Origin: a virus
Strand: one strand, 5' to 3'
Virus record (IMG/VR): IMGVR_UViG_3300042259_000159
Length of the DNA: 64,000 nucleotides
Below the pieces are notes generated by a model, which was not told where the DNA came from, made no database searches, and saw nothing but the letters and a program-made list of their open reading frames with translations. A program made the position numbers and the translations under genes. Positions 19,250-27,679 of the stretch are shown in pieces (the first letter of the stretch is position 1; every line of letters starts with the position of its first letter).

Positions 19250-20100
19250 GACTCCACGGAATCAAGCAAACTTGGCTGCTTATTTCTACGGCTAATAGCC
19301 TCGGCGTCTAGCCGCTTAGCGATTATCTCGCAGTACTTTTCTTCGCGCTCTATCAGGATCCAGCGGCGGCTAGCACGCTCGGCTGCAACTGCTGTTGTGC
19401 CGCTGCCCGCGCAGAAATCAAGCACTGTTTCACCTTCGTTGGTGTAGGTTTTGATGAGGTATTCCATTAGGGCAACAGGTTTTTGGGTTGGATGGAGTGC
19501 TTCAGAGTCTTGGCTAAATTTAATAACACCGCGAGGGTAGTTTGTAAATTCTTGTTTATAGCTTTCAGATTTGGTCAGATCATTATGTACACTTGTCCTA
19601 TCCCCATTCTCTTTTAGAGAATCCTTCCGTGTCTTTGTCCCCGTGTTTTTTACCACCTTGTCCACCTTTACAAGCCCCTGCGCGTTATAAGTTGGCTGCT
19701 TGCGGTAGAATACAAGCACGTCCTCAAATCCTTTTAGCGGCATCCTTTTGGCATTGGGGAAATTTGTTGGACGACCTTTCTCCCAGACCCATGTGTATTT
19801 AAGCATTTTGAGATTACTAGCCCCCAAAAGACTTGTAAACGGCTGGCTAGCAGTCATAACAACAGCCCCACTAGGCTTGATAGCCCGCTTCAACTGCTCC
19901 CACATTGGCTCTAGCGGAATAATGCTATCCCACTTACACGCCGTCATTCCAATTCAGCCGTAGGGTGGATCGCATAACACCAGGTCTATAGAGCCGTCTG
20001 GGATATATTTCATAACCTCAAGACAATCTCCATGAACCAACGTGTTAGGCAATACGCACCCTACGTGCTGTATCTCCTTTTCGTTAGTTATAGTAAACAT
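19246..20100 (-). pseudogene. DNA methyltransferase (N6A/N4C type) interrupted by a single in-frame TGA after the DPPY motif
   Basis: Minus-strand reading ...LVLCDPPYG-TGA-IGMTACKWD...; C-terminal FCAGSGTTAVAAE motif I; start overlaps the HNH stop (TAATG). Confidence 0.65.
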
Positions 20101-20642
20101 TAAATAAAATACTCCTGTATGTTTAGTTTCAAATTATTCCAATCTGTTTGTGTCATATCATTTTTGCACCTATTTTCAAACCACGACAAAAACTGCAAGT
20201 TTTCTATGTCATTAGTTCCTCCTTTTGCTTTTGGTGTTATGTGGTCTATTGATGGCTTTTTGTATTTTTCTTTACCGCCGCTAACCCATCTTTCATAAAT
20301 CCTATTAAATTGATCGTCATAGTAAAACCTACTTATATAACTTTTGTACCATTCAGTTGATATGTCCCATCTGCCTGAACGATTCGTAATTACATCATTT
20401 AACAGCTTTAATTTATCAAAATCCTTAAACTGCATTAACCAATCAGTCGTTACGTCAAACCTCAAGTGTGTTGCCATGTTGTTATAATTGCGCTCAATAT
20501 CACAATTAAATTTTTTAACACCTCTTAGATTCTTGGGCTTTCTGGTCTGTACCCCATTTCTCTTCAGGATTCTTGATATTAGTTTGTGATTAGTACCTAG
20601 CTTATCCGCTATAGAGCGCATTGAATCGCCACTTTTGTACAA
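20100..20642 (-). CDS. HNH homing endonuclease with N-terminal HTH
   Basis: SIDHITPKAKGGTNDIENLQFLSWFENRCKND. Confidence 0.7.
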   Translation of the reverse strand: MYKSGDSMRSIADKLGTNHKLISRILKRNGVQTRKPKNLRGVKKFNCDIERNYNNMATHLRFDVTTDWLMQFKDFDKLKLLNDVITNRSGRWDISTEWYKSYISRFYYDDQFNRIYERWVSGGKEKYKKPSIDHITPKAKGGTNDIENLQFLSWFENRCKNDMTQTDWNNLKLNIQEYFI

Positions 20643-20647
20643 TTCAA

Positions 20648-21049
20648 CTAATGGATAAATAGGTAATCCCCAATCTCCTCGGGGCGTTTAGCATTTTTTA
20701 CCTGCTCATTATAAGGAAGAACCAAGAGTTCACCAACAGCATCCCTTTTGGATACAGGCAGTTTTTCTTCCAGCCGTTTTTGCATAGACTCGGAGTCCAT
20801 TCCCATCAACAGCTCAAAAATCTCCAAATCTTTTAGACGATTATCGGTGGCAGGTAGAAGCGATCCAAGTATACAGGCTTTATTGAGTATCAGGGGTTTG
20901 CGCCCTTTCCAGTAACTGCCAAGAGCGGTCAATGTTTTGCTCTGAACAGCGCTCTGTTCTTTAAAACTTTCAGCGGATATTTTTTGCACTGGAAAGAGAT
21001 GTTCAATCAGTGCCGGTTTATCTTTCCATTCGAACGGTTTCAGTGCCAT
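20648..21049 (-). CDS. hypothetical protein
   Basis: Start MALKPFEW overlaps the upstream stop (TGATG). Confidence 0.4.
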   Translation of the reverse strand: MALKPFEWKDKPALIEHLFPVQKISAESFKEQSAVQSKTLTALGSYWKGRKPLILNKACILGSLLPATDNRLKDLEIFELLMGMDSESMQKRLEEKLPVSKRDAVGELLVLPYNEQVKNAKRPEEIGDYLFIH

Positions 21050-21279
21050 CAGATATCTCCCTTTTCTATAAATCCAACAAGAGGAAGGACTTCTTGTTTT
21101 GCTTGTATATTGTACATCTGGCAAAGATCAGTAAGATTGTCAGAAGATGTAACCCACTTACCAACCTGATTTTTGACATCGAAAAAGGTAACACCCTTAT
21201 TGTGATTGCATGGTAAGAGGTTTTCAAAAAGATTATGGCACCCCCTTAAGGAGGGCTTTTGTATCATAACACCTTCCAC
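21049..21279 (-). CDS. hypothetical protein
   Basis: ORF track. Confidence 0.35.
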   Translation of the reverse strand: MEGVMIQKPSLRGCHNLFENLLPCNHNKGVTFFDVKNQVGKWVTSSDNLTDLCQMYNIQAKQEVLPLVGFIEKGDI

Positions 21280-21423
21280 AGGTGGGACAAAATATTAAAC
21301 TGGTTAGTTCTGTTTGGTGTATAGTCATCAACACACCCTCCCATCACTTGTCATTTGCTTGCTCCTCTGTGTTTTTTGTATGGTTTTATAGCCTCGGCAT
21401 CGCCCCTGCTTTCTGCCCATTGC

Positions 21424-22248
21424 TTAGATGATTGCTTTATTCTCATGTGCACTCTCAATGCGCCGCTTGGCAATGTTGAAATAGCCTTGGTCTAGCTCAA
21501 TACCGATAAAGCAGCGGTTCAGCAGCTTGGCCATCTTGCCAGTCGTACCGCTGCCCATGAAGGGGTCGAAAATCGTATCGCCTTCGTTTGACCAGCTTGA
21601 TATATGTCTTTGCGCTAATTTTTCAGGAAAAATTGCAGGGTGCTTAAACGCCTCACTATCCATTGTTGAGTGACCTTTACCTGTCGTTATGTACCATATA
21701 TTTCCATCTATCTTATCTAATCCAACTGGTTTCCTTTTCTTGCCACTTCTGGCACTGCGCATTTTTTCAGTTGTAGATGAAAAATAACTGTTCTGACGTG
21801 AAGTTTCTTTTTCCGGATATTTTGTCGGAACTCGAATGGCGTTAAAGGTTTTAGGTCTACCCTTACTAAAAACAAACATATACTCAAAATCTTGTTCGTA
21901 TCTGTTGTGGTTTTTCGGTAGTGCGTTTTTATGGTATATCATCGTATCATGCAGCCGGAAGCCGCACTCCATAGCCCACAATGCTTGCTTAAAGCTAGTA
22001 CCTGTCTCACTACCCTTAATCGTGGCGTCACCAACAACCCAAACAACAACCCCACCATCTTTAGTAACACGGTATAGGTCTTTAATAACCGCCTTCCAAA
22101 CATGCTCTCCCCACAACGCATTATTGCCGTTATAAGTGCGCAGATTATCGTATGGTGGGCTTGTTACCGTTAAATCAACAATACCATCAGGTATTTCTTT
22201 CATCCGCTCAAGGCAATCGCCTAGCATCAGCTTAATCATCATCACCAC
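21424..22248 (-). CDS. DNA methyltransferase (beta-class N6-adenine/N4-cytosine)
   Basis: Motif IV SPPYD near the N-terminus, motif I DPFMGSGTTG near the C-terminus. Confidence 0.8.
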   Translation of the reverse strand: MVMMIKLMLGDCLERMKEIPDGIVDLTVTSPPYDNLRTYNGNNALWGEHVWKAVIKDLYRVTKDGGVVVWVVGDATIKGSETGTSFKQALWAMECGFRLHDTMIYHKNALPKNHNRYEQDFEYMFVFSKGRPKTFNAIRVPTKYPEKETSRQNSYFSSTTEKMRSARSGKKRKPVGLDKIDGNIWYITTGKGHSTMDSEAFKHPAIFPEKLAQRHISSWSNEGDTIFDPFMGSGTTGKMAKLLNRCFIGIELDQGYFNIAKRRIESAHENKAII

Positions 22249-22444
22249 CCATCAGCCCGTCAAACAAATCATCGGTATATCCTTCAATTTTCCCTTCAAT
22301 ATGCCCATCAATCCATGCCCCACCGTATGTTTTAGGGTAGGGGCTAGTAACACCTTCTAGCTTGTTACGGCTATCCTGTTCACAACACAAGGGGATGTAC
22401 TTGTTCTGTTCATTTTCACAATCCACCTCAATCACATATCTCAT
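22232..22444 (-). CDS. hypothetical protein
   Basis: ORF track. Confidence 0.35.
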   Translation of the reverse strand: MRYVIEVDCENEQNKYIPLCCEQDSRNKLEGVTSPYPKTYGGAWIDGHIEGKIEGYTDDLFDGLMGGDDD

Positions 22445-22465
22445 GATTTCTCCTTTTATTCGCTC

Positions 22466-23182
22466 TTATATTTCCGAAAGACGCTTGTTTCCCCTGAACC
22501 TTTTACCTTCCGAGTAATTTATTCTCTCCTCAAGATCAAGCATCCTCGCCCACAATTCCGGCTTATTATTTTTAACAGCCAAAAGGCTGTCCAAGGGTTG
22601 AAGGGGGCAGCAATAGCAGGATACCCTATTCATGTGTTTGTAGAGGCCCCCCCAATCAAAGCCCCTATCATAGCAGTATTCAAGGGCTGATTTTTCGTCC
22701 ATATCCCACTCTATCAAAGGAAAACGAAGAATCCATCCATGTTTTTCAGCATTAGCATTCATTGTTCTAGAGAGCGCCCTCTCTGATTCATCTTTTGCAA
22801 AGCCAATACACTTAACAATGTTACCATCTATTTTTTTATAGCTCATCCCCCTCAAATAGTAATCAAAAGCTTTTATCTTTTCTCTTGTACACCACCTTCT
22901 AGACGGTGATGGCCATCCAACACCACGGCACCTTACTTCTTTAGTCCCCCTAGAGACCACTTCGTGCTCCGTAAGCCAATAATCAAAGGGTTTGTTTGGT
23001 TTGAGTATGGTGATTTTGCGAGAAATATAGTCTTCAACCTTTTTGATATGATCATACATCTCGGGAAATTCCCAACCTGTGTCAAACATAACAATGTCTT
23101 CAATCTTTTCTCCACATTCAATGGCCTTCAAAAGCATTGCTGTAGAATCCTTTCCCCCGCTAAAACTAAAAAATTGTCGCAT
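22466..23182 (-). CDS. PAPS reductase-like PP-loop ATP pyrophosphatase family protein
   Basis: PP-loop FSGGKDS; C-terminal cysteine cluster SCYCCP. Confidence 0.6.
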   Translation of the reverse strand: MRQFFSFSGGKDSTAMLLKAIECGEKIEDIVMFDTGWEFPEMYDHIKKVEDYISRKITILKPNKPFDYWLTEHEVVSRGTKEVRCRGVGWPSPSRRWCTREKIKAFDYYLRGMSYKKIDGNIVKCIGFAKDESERALSRTMNANAEKHGWILRFPLIEWDMDEKSALEYCYDRGFDWGGLYKHMNRVSCYCCPLQPLDSLLAVKNNKPELWARMLDLEERINYSEGKRFRGNKRLSEI

Positions 23183-23462
23183 ATACTACTCCTTTTTGCA
23201 ATCTAACGTTTATTAACATATTTTCCTCTGACAGGTACTCCCCTGTAAAGCACAGGTGTATCAAAATAGTACTCTTCTGTCAACCTGTTTAGAGGAGTAT
23301 AATGCCAAGTTTGGTTTTTATTTGATGTCCATGAAAAATGAGGAAAGGGGAATATCTTTTCACAATTAACCCTCCCTCCACATGTAATTTGTTTCCAGAT
23401 TGCCCAGATAAGACAGTTACCGTACCGCATAAACTTACCACGTATAAAAGAGGATATAAAAG

Positions 23463-23774
23463 TTAAAGTTTGTCATCCAACCCCTTTATCCACCGACTAT
23501 ACTCTGTATCTGAGAGGCCAAAATATTCTTGAAGGGTAACACCTTCACATTCATCGCCACCATACCGCTTATCGATCATGTTGTCAACAATTTTCCTGTT
23601 TATCTTTTGAGGCTTATTTAATGTTGATGCCACATACTTAACATCTAGAACGTGGTATACATACAGGAGAACAATCCAAATAAACGGAGTCATCCCACTA
23701 AAGGTGGCATAAAGGGTCGCTACAAACAAGGTAGCAATAGTGGCAAAGTAAGAAACAATAAAAACAGGGTACAC
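23463..23774 (-). CDS. membrane protein
   Basis: Long hydrophobic N-terminal segments. Confidence 0.35.
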   Translation of the reverse strand: MYPVFIVSYFATIATLFVATLYATFSGMTPFIWIVLLYVYHVLDVKYVASTLNKPQKINRKIVDNMIDKRYGGDECEGVTLQEYFGLSDTEYSRWIKGLDDKL

Positions 23775-23785
23775 GGCAACACCTC

Positions 23786-24037
23786 CTAAATATGTTCTTC
23801 TATAAGATTCTTTGTACTTATAACACAGAACCTGATGGAGCTATACAGCCCAAGGAGCAAACCTGTGGTAATGAAGCCGCTAACAACTATGCTTCCTGAC
23901 AAAGCCATAACCAGAAGATAGGCAAAGAAGAGACAACCACACAACGATCCTGCAAAATCAAGCAGTGTTTTAAAGCCTTTCATGTTGTTCTTTCTCCATA
24001 ATATATTGACAAATAACTTTTGCTGCTTTTTCGTCAC
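23786..24037 (-). CDS. membrane protein
   Basis: Hydrophobic segments. Confidence 0.35.
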   Translation of the reverse strand: MTKKQQKLFVNILWRKNNMKGFKTLLDFAGSLCGCLFFAYLLVMALSGSIVVSGFITTGLLLGLYSSIRFCVISTKNLIEEHI

Positions 24038-24524
24038 TTACTAGGTTTATAAAAGGTATATTATACTCTATAAGAAAGTTTTTTATCTTAATATCTACCT
24101 CTTCAGCCTCTTTTACATCCTTTTGGGTGCGTCCCTTTGAATCATAGGGGAACTTTTTATTTCTTTCCAAGAGGATGTTAACGTTGTCATATGCATTGAA
24201 AGTTTCAACAACAAGGTGTTGAAATGCGTTTTTAGGAACAAAACCATCAACCTTGCAATAGATGGCTGATAGGAGTATAGGGCTGTCTGTAACCACGAAG
24301 TCTGCCTGCCCATAGATACTTTTCTGTTGCAGTAGCTGTTTTGCGAAAATGTAGAGTTGCTCTTCTTGGAGAATCTTCTCTCTGCCCTGATATACCAAGC
24401 TTTTAGCATACTCTGTTACCAGTTCAGTGCTCAGATGTCTCCTTTTCATTACTGAGAAAAGATCCGCAGCGACAGTGCTTTTACCGGCACAAGGCCCACC
24501 AAAGATGTTGATTATTTTAGTCAT
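23970..24524 (-). CDS. P-loop NTPase (nucleoside/nucleotide kinase-like)
   Basis: Walker A GGPCAGKST. Confidence 0.55.
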   Translation of the reverse strand: MTKIINIFGGPCAGKSTVAADLFSVMKRRHLSTELVTEYAKSLVYQGREKILQEEQLYIFAKQLLQQKSIYGQADFVVTDSPILLSAIYCKVDGFVPKNAFQHLVVETFNAYDNVNILLERNKKFPYDSKGRTQKDVKEAEEVDIKIKNFLIEYNIPFINLVSDEKAAKVICQYIMEKEQHERL

Positions 24525-24862
24525 TATCCCTCCAAACCTTCTTCAACAATCCACCAATTCTTTACAAGGAGTGTGTGGTATACACTCCCGTCCTCCAAAG
24601 ACACCACACACGCAAGAGGGATTCCATCATATATACCAATAACCTCTTGAATAATAAAAACACACCCCTCCTCTACCTGACACGGCTCATACTCCTCAAC
24701 AAAATAATCATAGAGATTACCATCCTTGAGAACAATAACGGCAAGCATCCCCACCAAAACCTCTTTAGTTTGTGTAACAACGGCTGTACCGTTTGAGGTG
24801 GCCTTGCTACCAATCAGAGAAGCTGCGCTACTATCTCTTACAAGGCTCAGGAGAAATACCAT
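24524..24862 (-). CDS. hypothetical secreted/membrane protein
   Basis: Internal Met followed by a hydrophobic stretch; overlaps the next ORF. Confidence 0.3.
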   Translation of the reverse strand: MVFLLSLVRDSSAASLIGSKATSNGTAVVTQTKEVLVGMLAVIVLKDGNLYDYFVEEYEPCQVEEGCVFIIQEVIGIYDGIPLACVVSLEDGSVYHTLLVKNWWIVEEGLEG

Positions 24863-25046
24863 CCCCACAAGCAGATAAATTATTAGTAAAGTCTTCTTCT
24901 TCAACAAAATACTCCTTTTTTTGTATTCTTGCTTTATATTCTTCCCCACAATCCAAACAAACAACGGATCCCGCTGTGTAGACACCGTCCGGTTGTTCTT
25001 CAAACTGAAAAACACATCTCCCTGAGCACTTCGGGCAAACCATCAT
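24831..25046 (-). CDS. zinc-ribbon protein
   Basis: CPKC...CLDC. Confidence 0.4.
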   Translation of the reverse strand: MMVCPKCSGRCVFQFEEQPDGVYTAGSVVCLDCGEEYKARIQKKEYFVEEEDFTNNLSACGDGISPEPCKR

Positions 25047-25270
25047 ACCGAATCCTCCTTTTCATTCATCTCTTTTAGGCATTGTAAACAGATATGCTCC
25101 CAATCTTCATCAAACTTAACCTTCTTTGATTCCACGATGGAAGCGATGGGGTATATGACCTCGTAATCATCTGTTACCCCGCAGCAGTCACAAAGGAAAG
25201 CCTCTTTCAAATACTTCATAACAACCTCCATGAAAAGAATATACACATAACAAAGAAGAAAGTCAAGCAA
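25043..25270 (-). CDS. zinc-finger protein
   Basis: CDCC...CLQC. Confidence 0.4.
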   Translation of the reverse strand: MLDFLLCYVYILFMEVVMKYLKEAFLCDCCGVTDDYEVIYPIASIVESKKVKFDEDWEHICLQCLKEMNEKEDSV

Positions 25271-25302
25271 AAAAAAAAGGAGAGCCGAAGCTCTCCGTAA
25301 AT

Positions 25303-25701
25303 CTACCCTTTCTGACTTCTCTCAATGTAGTCATCAATGAGGGCATCTTTCTTTTTAATCCTTCCATCCAGATCGACACCTTCTTTGAAGGCTTTTGACT
25401 TAATCTCCTCAATGGAGAGATTCTCAAGCTCCTCCCGCAAGGTGTTTTCCGCTCCTGTGGCAACCTCCTGCATCTTCTCTTCCTCTTTTACCGTTGTCTC
25501 AACCACAACACTCTCTGGGTCATTGATAGCCTCTCCCGCACTTTTAGGTACGGTTACAGAATATTGACTGCCAAAACGGTTCATTTTTACACCCGCAAGA
25601 GACACACCAGCAACGCCAAGACAGTAGGCAATACGTGCATAATCACGATGGTTGAACGCACTGTAAACATAAAAATCAATAAGCTCTTTTGTATAAAACA
25701 C
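25303..25701 (-). CDS. hypothetical protein
   Basis: ORF track. Confidence 0.45.
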   Translation of the reverse strand: MFYTKELIDFYVYSAFNHRDYARIAYCLGVAGVSLAGVKMNRFGSQYSVTVPKSAGEAINDPESVVVETTVKEEEKMQEVATGAENTLREELENLSIEEIKSKAFKEGVDLDGRIKKKDALIDDYIERSQKG

Positions 25702-25702
25702 C

Positions 25703-26830
25703 TTAATCCTCCCTGATATATTGTCCTACAGTATTCCCTTGCGGAATACCATCTTTCGAAAACTCCTGAAACTTAACATTAAGCCACTTGCCAATATAGC
25801 TGTCTTTGTACTTTATAATTTGCTCTCTATAGGCATCCTCCCCCATAGGTCTAACTTCAAAAATCTTTTTATTCTGGGTTTCACAGACAAACATACCTTG
25901 GCGGTATGCAACACACCCGTCTGTATTATAGATTGGTTTTGTTTCCACCACATCTACAATTTTAAACTCATTATCCATAAAGCTTTTATATTTCCACAGG
26001 TGAGGAGACCTAGTACATTCATAGGGGGCATCTATTCTTATTATTATGCCCTCAAATCCTTGCTGAACACGTTCGTTACATATCTTCTCCAAGGAATCAC
26101 AGGAAGGCAGTCTCATATCCTTCTGCTGGAGGAGGGTGTTTGGGGTAAGAAAGGCAGTTCTTTCCCTATAAGTAAGATGCTCCATCCCCTTAATATAAAC
26201 ATCAAATACTACAAAGTCAATATCATATATTTCAGCATTACCTGTCTTTACAAATGAGTTGATATCTTGTAAGGGCATCCCGTGCTTATAAAACTCCCCA
26301 TCAAGTATTACATTCTCCTCCTTGGCCTTCATCCCTCTTGCAATCCTTGATATAAGAGCCTCTGACTGGTAATACGCACGGCATTGTAAAGGCACCTTGG
26401 AATATTCTACATTTTTACGTGAGAAAAACAGCCTTCTCCTGTCAACTTCTTGGAAGGTGGCTCGTAACCCGTTTAACTTATTTTGAAGCACCACAGACCC
26501 GCCCACGGCCATTTTTTCCATACGTCTATAGTTTTTCCTTCCGTCCTGCGCCTTCATAGGGTAGAAGGTGGAACCCCACTGTTCAATATCTTCGACATAC
26601 CCTTTACGCTCTATCTGCTTCCTGTGCAGGGCGGCAGCTTCAAGACGTGCCTGTTCCTCTGCTGTTGTCTCATTTGCTTTCCCTATATTCTTACCGTTGC
26701 AAACCGTTTTTCTTTTTGTTTGTTTACCGCCCTGTGTTCCGTGGATAACAGTGAAGGAATCTCCCTCAACAAAGATCCTCCACTCCCTGATTTTGCCTTT
26801 TCTATCTTTAGCATATAGTGTGGAAAACAC
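25703..26830 (-). CDS. ATP-dependent DNA ligase (T7-like)
   Basis: LDGEFY, EGIIIR, WKYKSF resemble T7 ligase motifs as recalled. Confidence 0.7.
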   Translation of the reverse strand: MFSTLYAKDRKGKIREWRIFVEGDSFTVIHGTQGGKQTKRKTVCNGKNIGKANETTAEEQARLEAAALHRKQIERKGYVEDIEQWGSTFYPMKAQDGRKNYRRMEKMAVGGSVVLQNKLNGLRATFQEVDRRRLFFSRKNVEYSKVPLQCRAYYQSEALISRIARGMKAKEENVILDGEFYKHGMPLQDINSFVKTGNAEIYDIDFVVFDVYIKGMEHLTYRERTAFLTPNTLLQQKDMRLPSCDSLEKICNERVQQGFEGIIIRIDAPYECTRSPHLWKYKSFMDNEFKIVDVVETKPIYNTDGCVAYRQGMFVCETQNKKIFEVRPMGEDAYREQIIKYKDSYIGKWLNVKFQEFSKDGIPQGNTVGQYIRED

Positions 26831-26884
26831 AAAGAACCCCTGTACATAAAAAGTTTTCTGGAATAAAACAAAGGAAATACATAA

Positions 26885-27118
26885 TTAACCTTTATTCAGA
26901 AGAGATGTTAGCATTTCTGTAAAAGCCGCTACCTCGTCCATCTCGTCTGAGAAGTTTTGTTTGTGAACAACCTTAACCACCCTATTGAACAAAGCAGGCT
27001 TGATATCAAACTCCTCTTTGGCAGTTTTTGCCAACTCTTTGCGCTGCTCTTTTATTTGATTTTCTTCTTCCATAAGTACTGCTGCCGATTCAATCATGTT
27101 CTTAAGCTTCTGTTCCAT
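26885..27118 (-). CDS. hypothetical protein
   Basis: ORF track. Confidence 0.45.
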   Translation of the reverse strand: MEQKLKNMIESAAVLMEEENQIKEQRKELAKTAKEEFDIKPALFNRVVKVVHKQNFSDEMDEVAAFTEMLTSLLNKG

Positions 27119-27127
27119 AATTCCTCC

Positions 27128-27679
27128 TTATTTAACTCCTGTGCTTCCGTGACCACCACGATTTTTACCACTGAGGCTATCAACCTGTTTCAAAACAAAA
27201 CCCTCACTGCGCATCGTGGATGTTACCCTGAATTGGCAAACCCTATCATTTTTTGCTACTCTCCCATCACGCATAGCTATGACAGGGAAAAGCCACTCAT
27301 CCCCCTCACCGCAGTAGGTGTTATCAATAATGCCCATACTATTAGTGAGAAGAAATCCATAGTTTTTAAAGGTGGAAGATCGGGGAACAACATGTGCCTC
27401 GCTTCCCTCTGGTAGCTGCACTGCTATGCCAAGGCGGATTCTTAAATAATCGTTAGGATAATAATACCAATATTGTCCAGTATTTACCAAGGGCTTAAAA
27501 ATAATCTCCCCTGTGCTTTTACACATATACCCTTTCTCAATGCTAGAAACACGAAGGTCAATCCAATCCCCGATATCAATTACCTCCGGCGGGATAAGGT
27601 CTTTATCCAAAACCTTAAAACAAATCTCCTTTCTCAAAACTACCTCCTTTTTAGGGGGTCGTAACCCCCTTTTTTTCAA
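27128..27679 (-). CDS. dut: dUTPase
   Basis: PRSS, GIIDNTY, NRGGHGSTG motifs of trimeric dUTPases. Confidence 0.75.
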   Translation of the reverse strand: MKKRGLRPPKKEVVLRKEICFKVLDKDLIPPEVIDIGDWIDLRVSSIEKGYMCKSTGEIIFKPLVNTGQYWYYYPNDYLRIRLGIAVQLPEGSEAHVVPRSSTFKNYGFLLTNSMGIIDNTYCGEGDEWLFPVIAMRDGRVAKNDRVCQFRVTSTMRSEGFVLKQVDSLSGKNRGGHGSTGVK

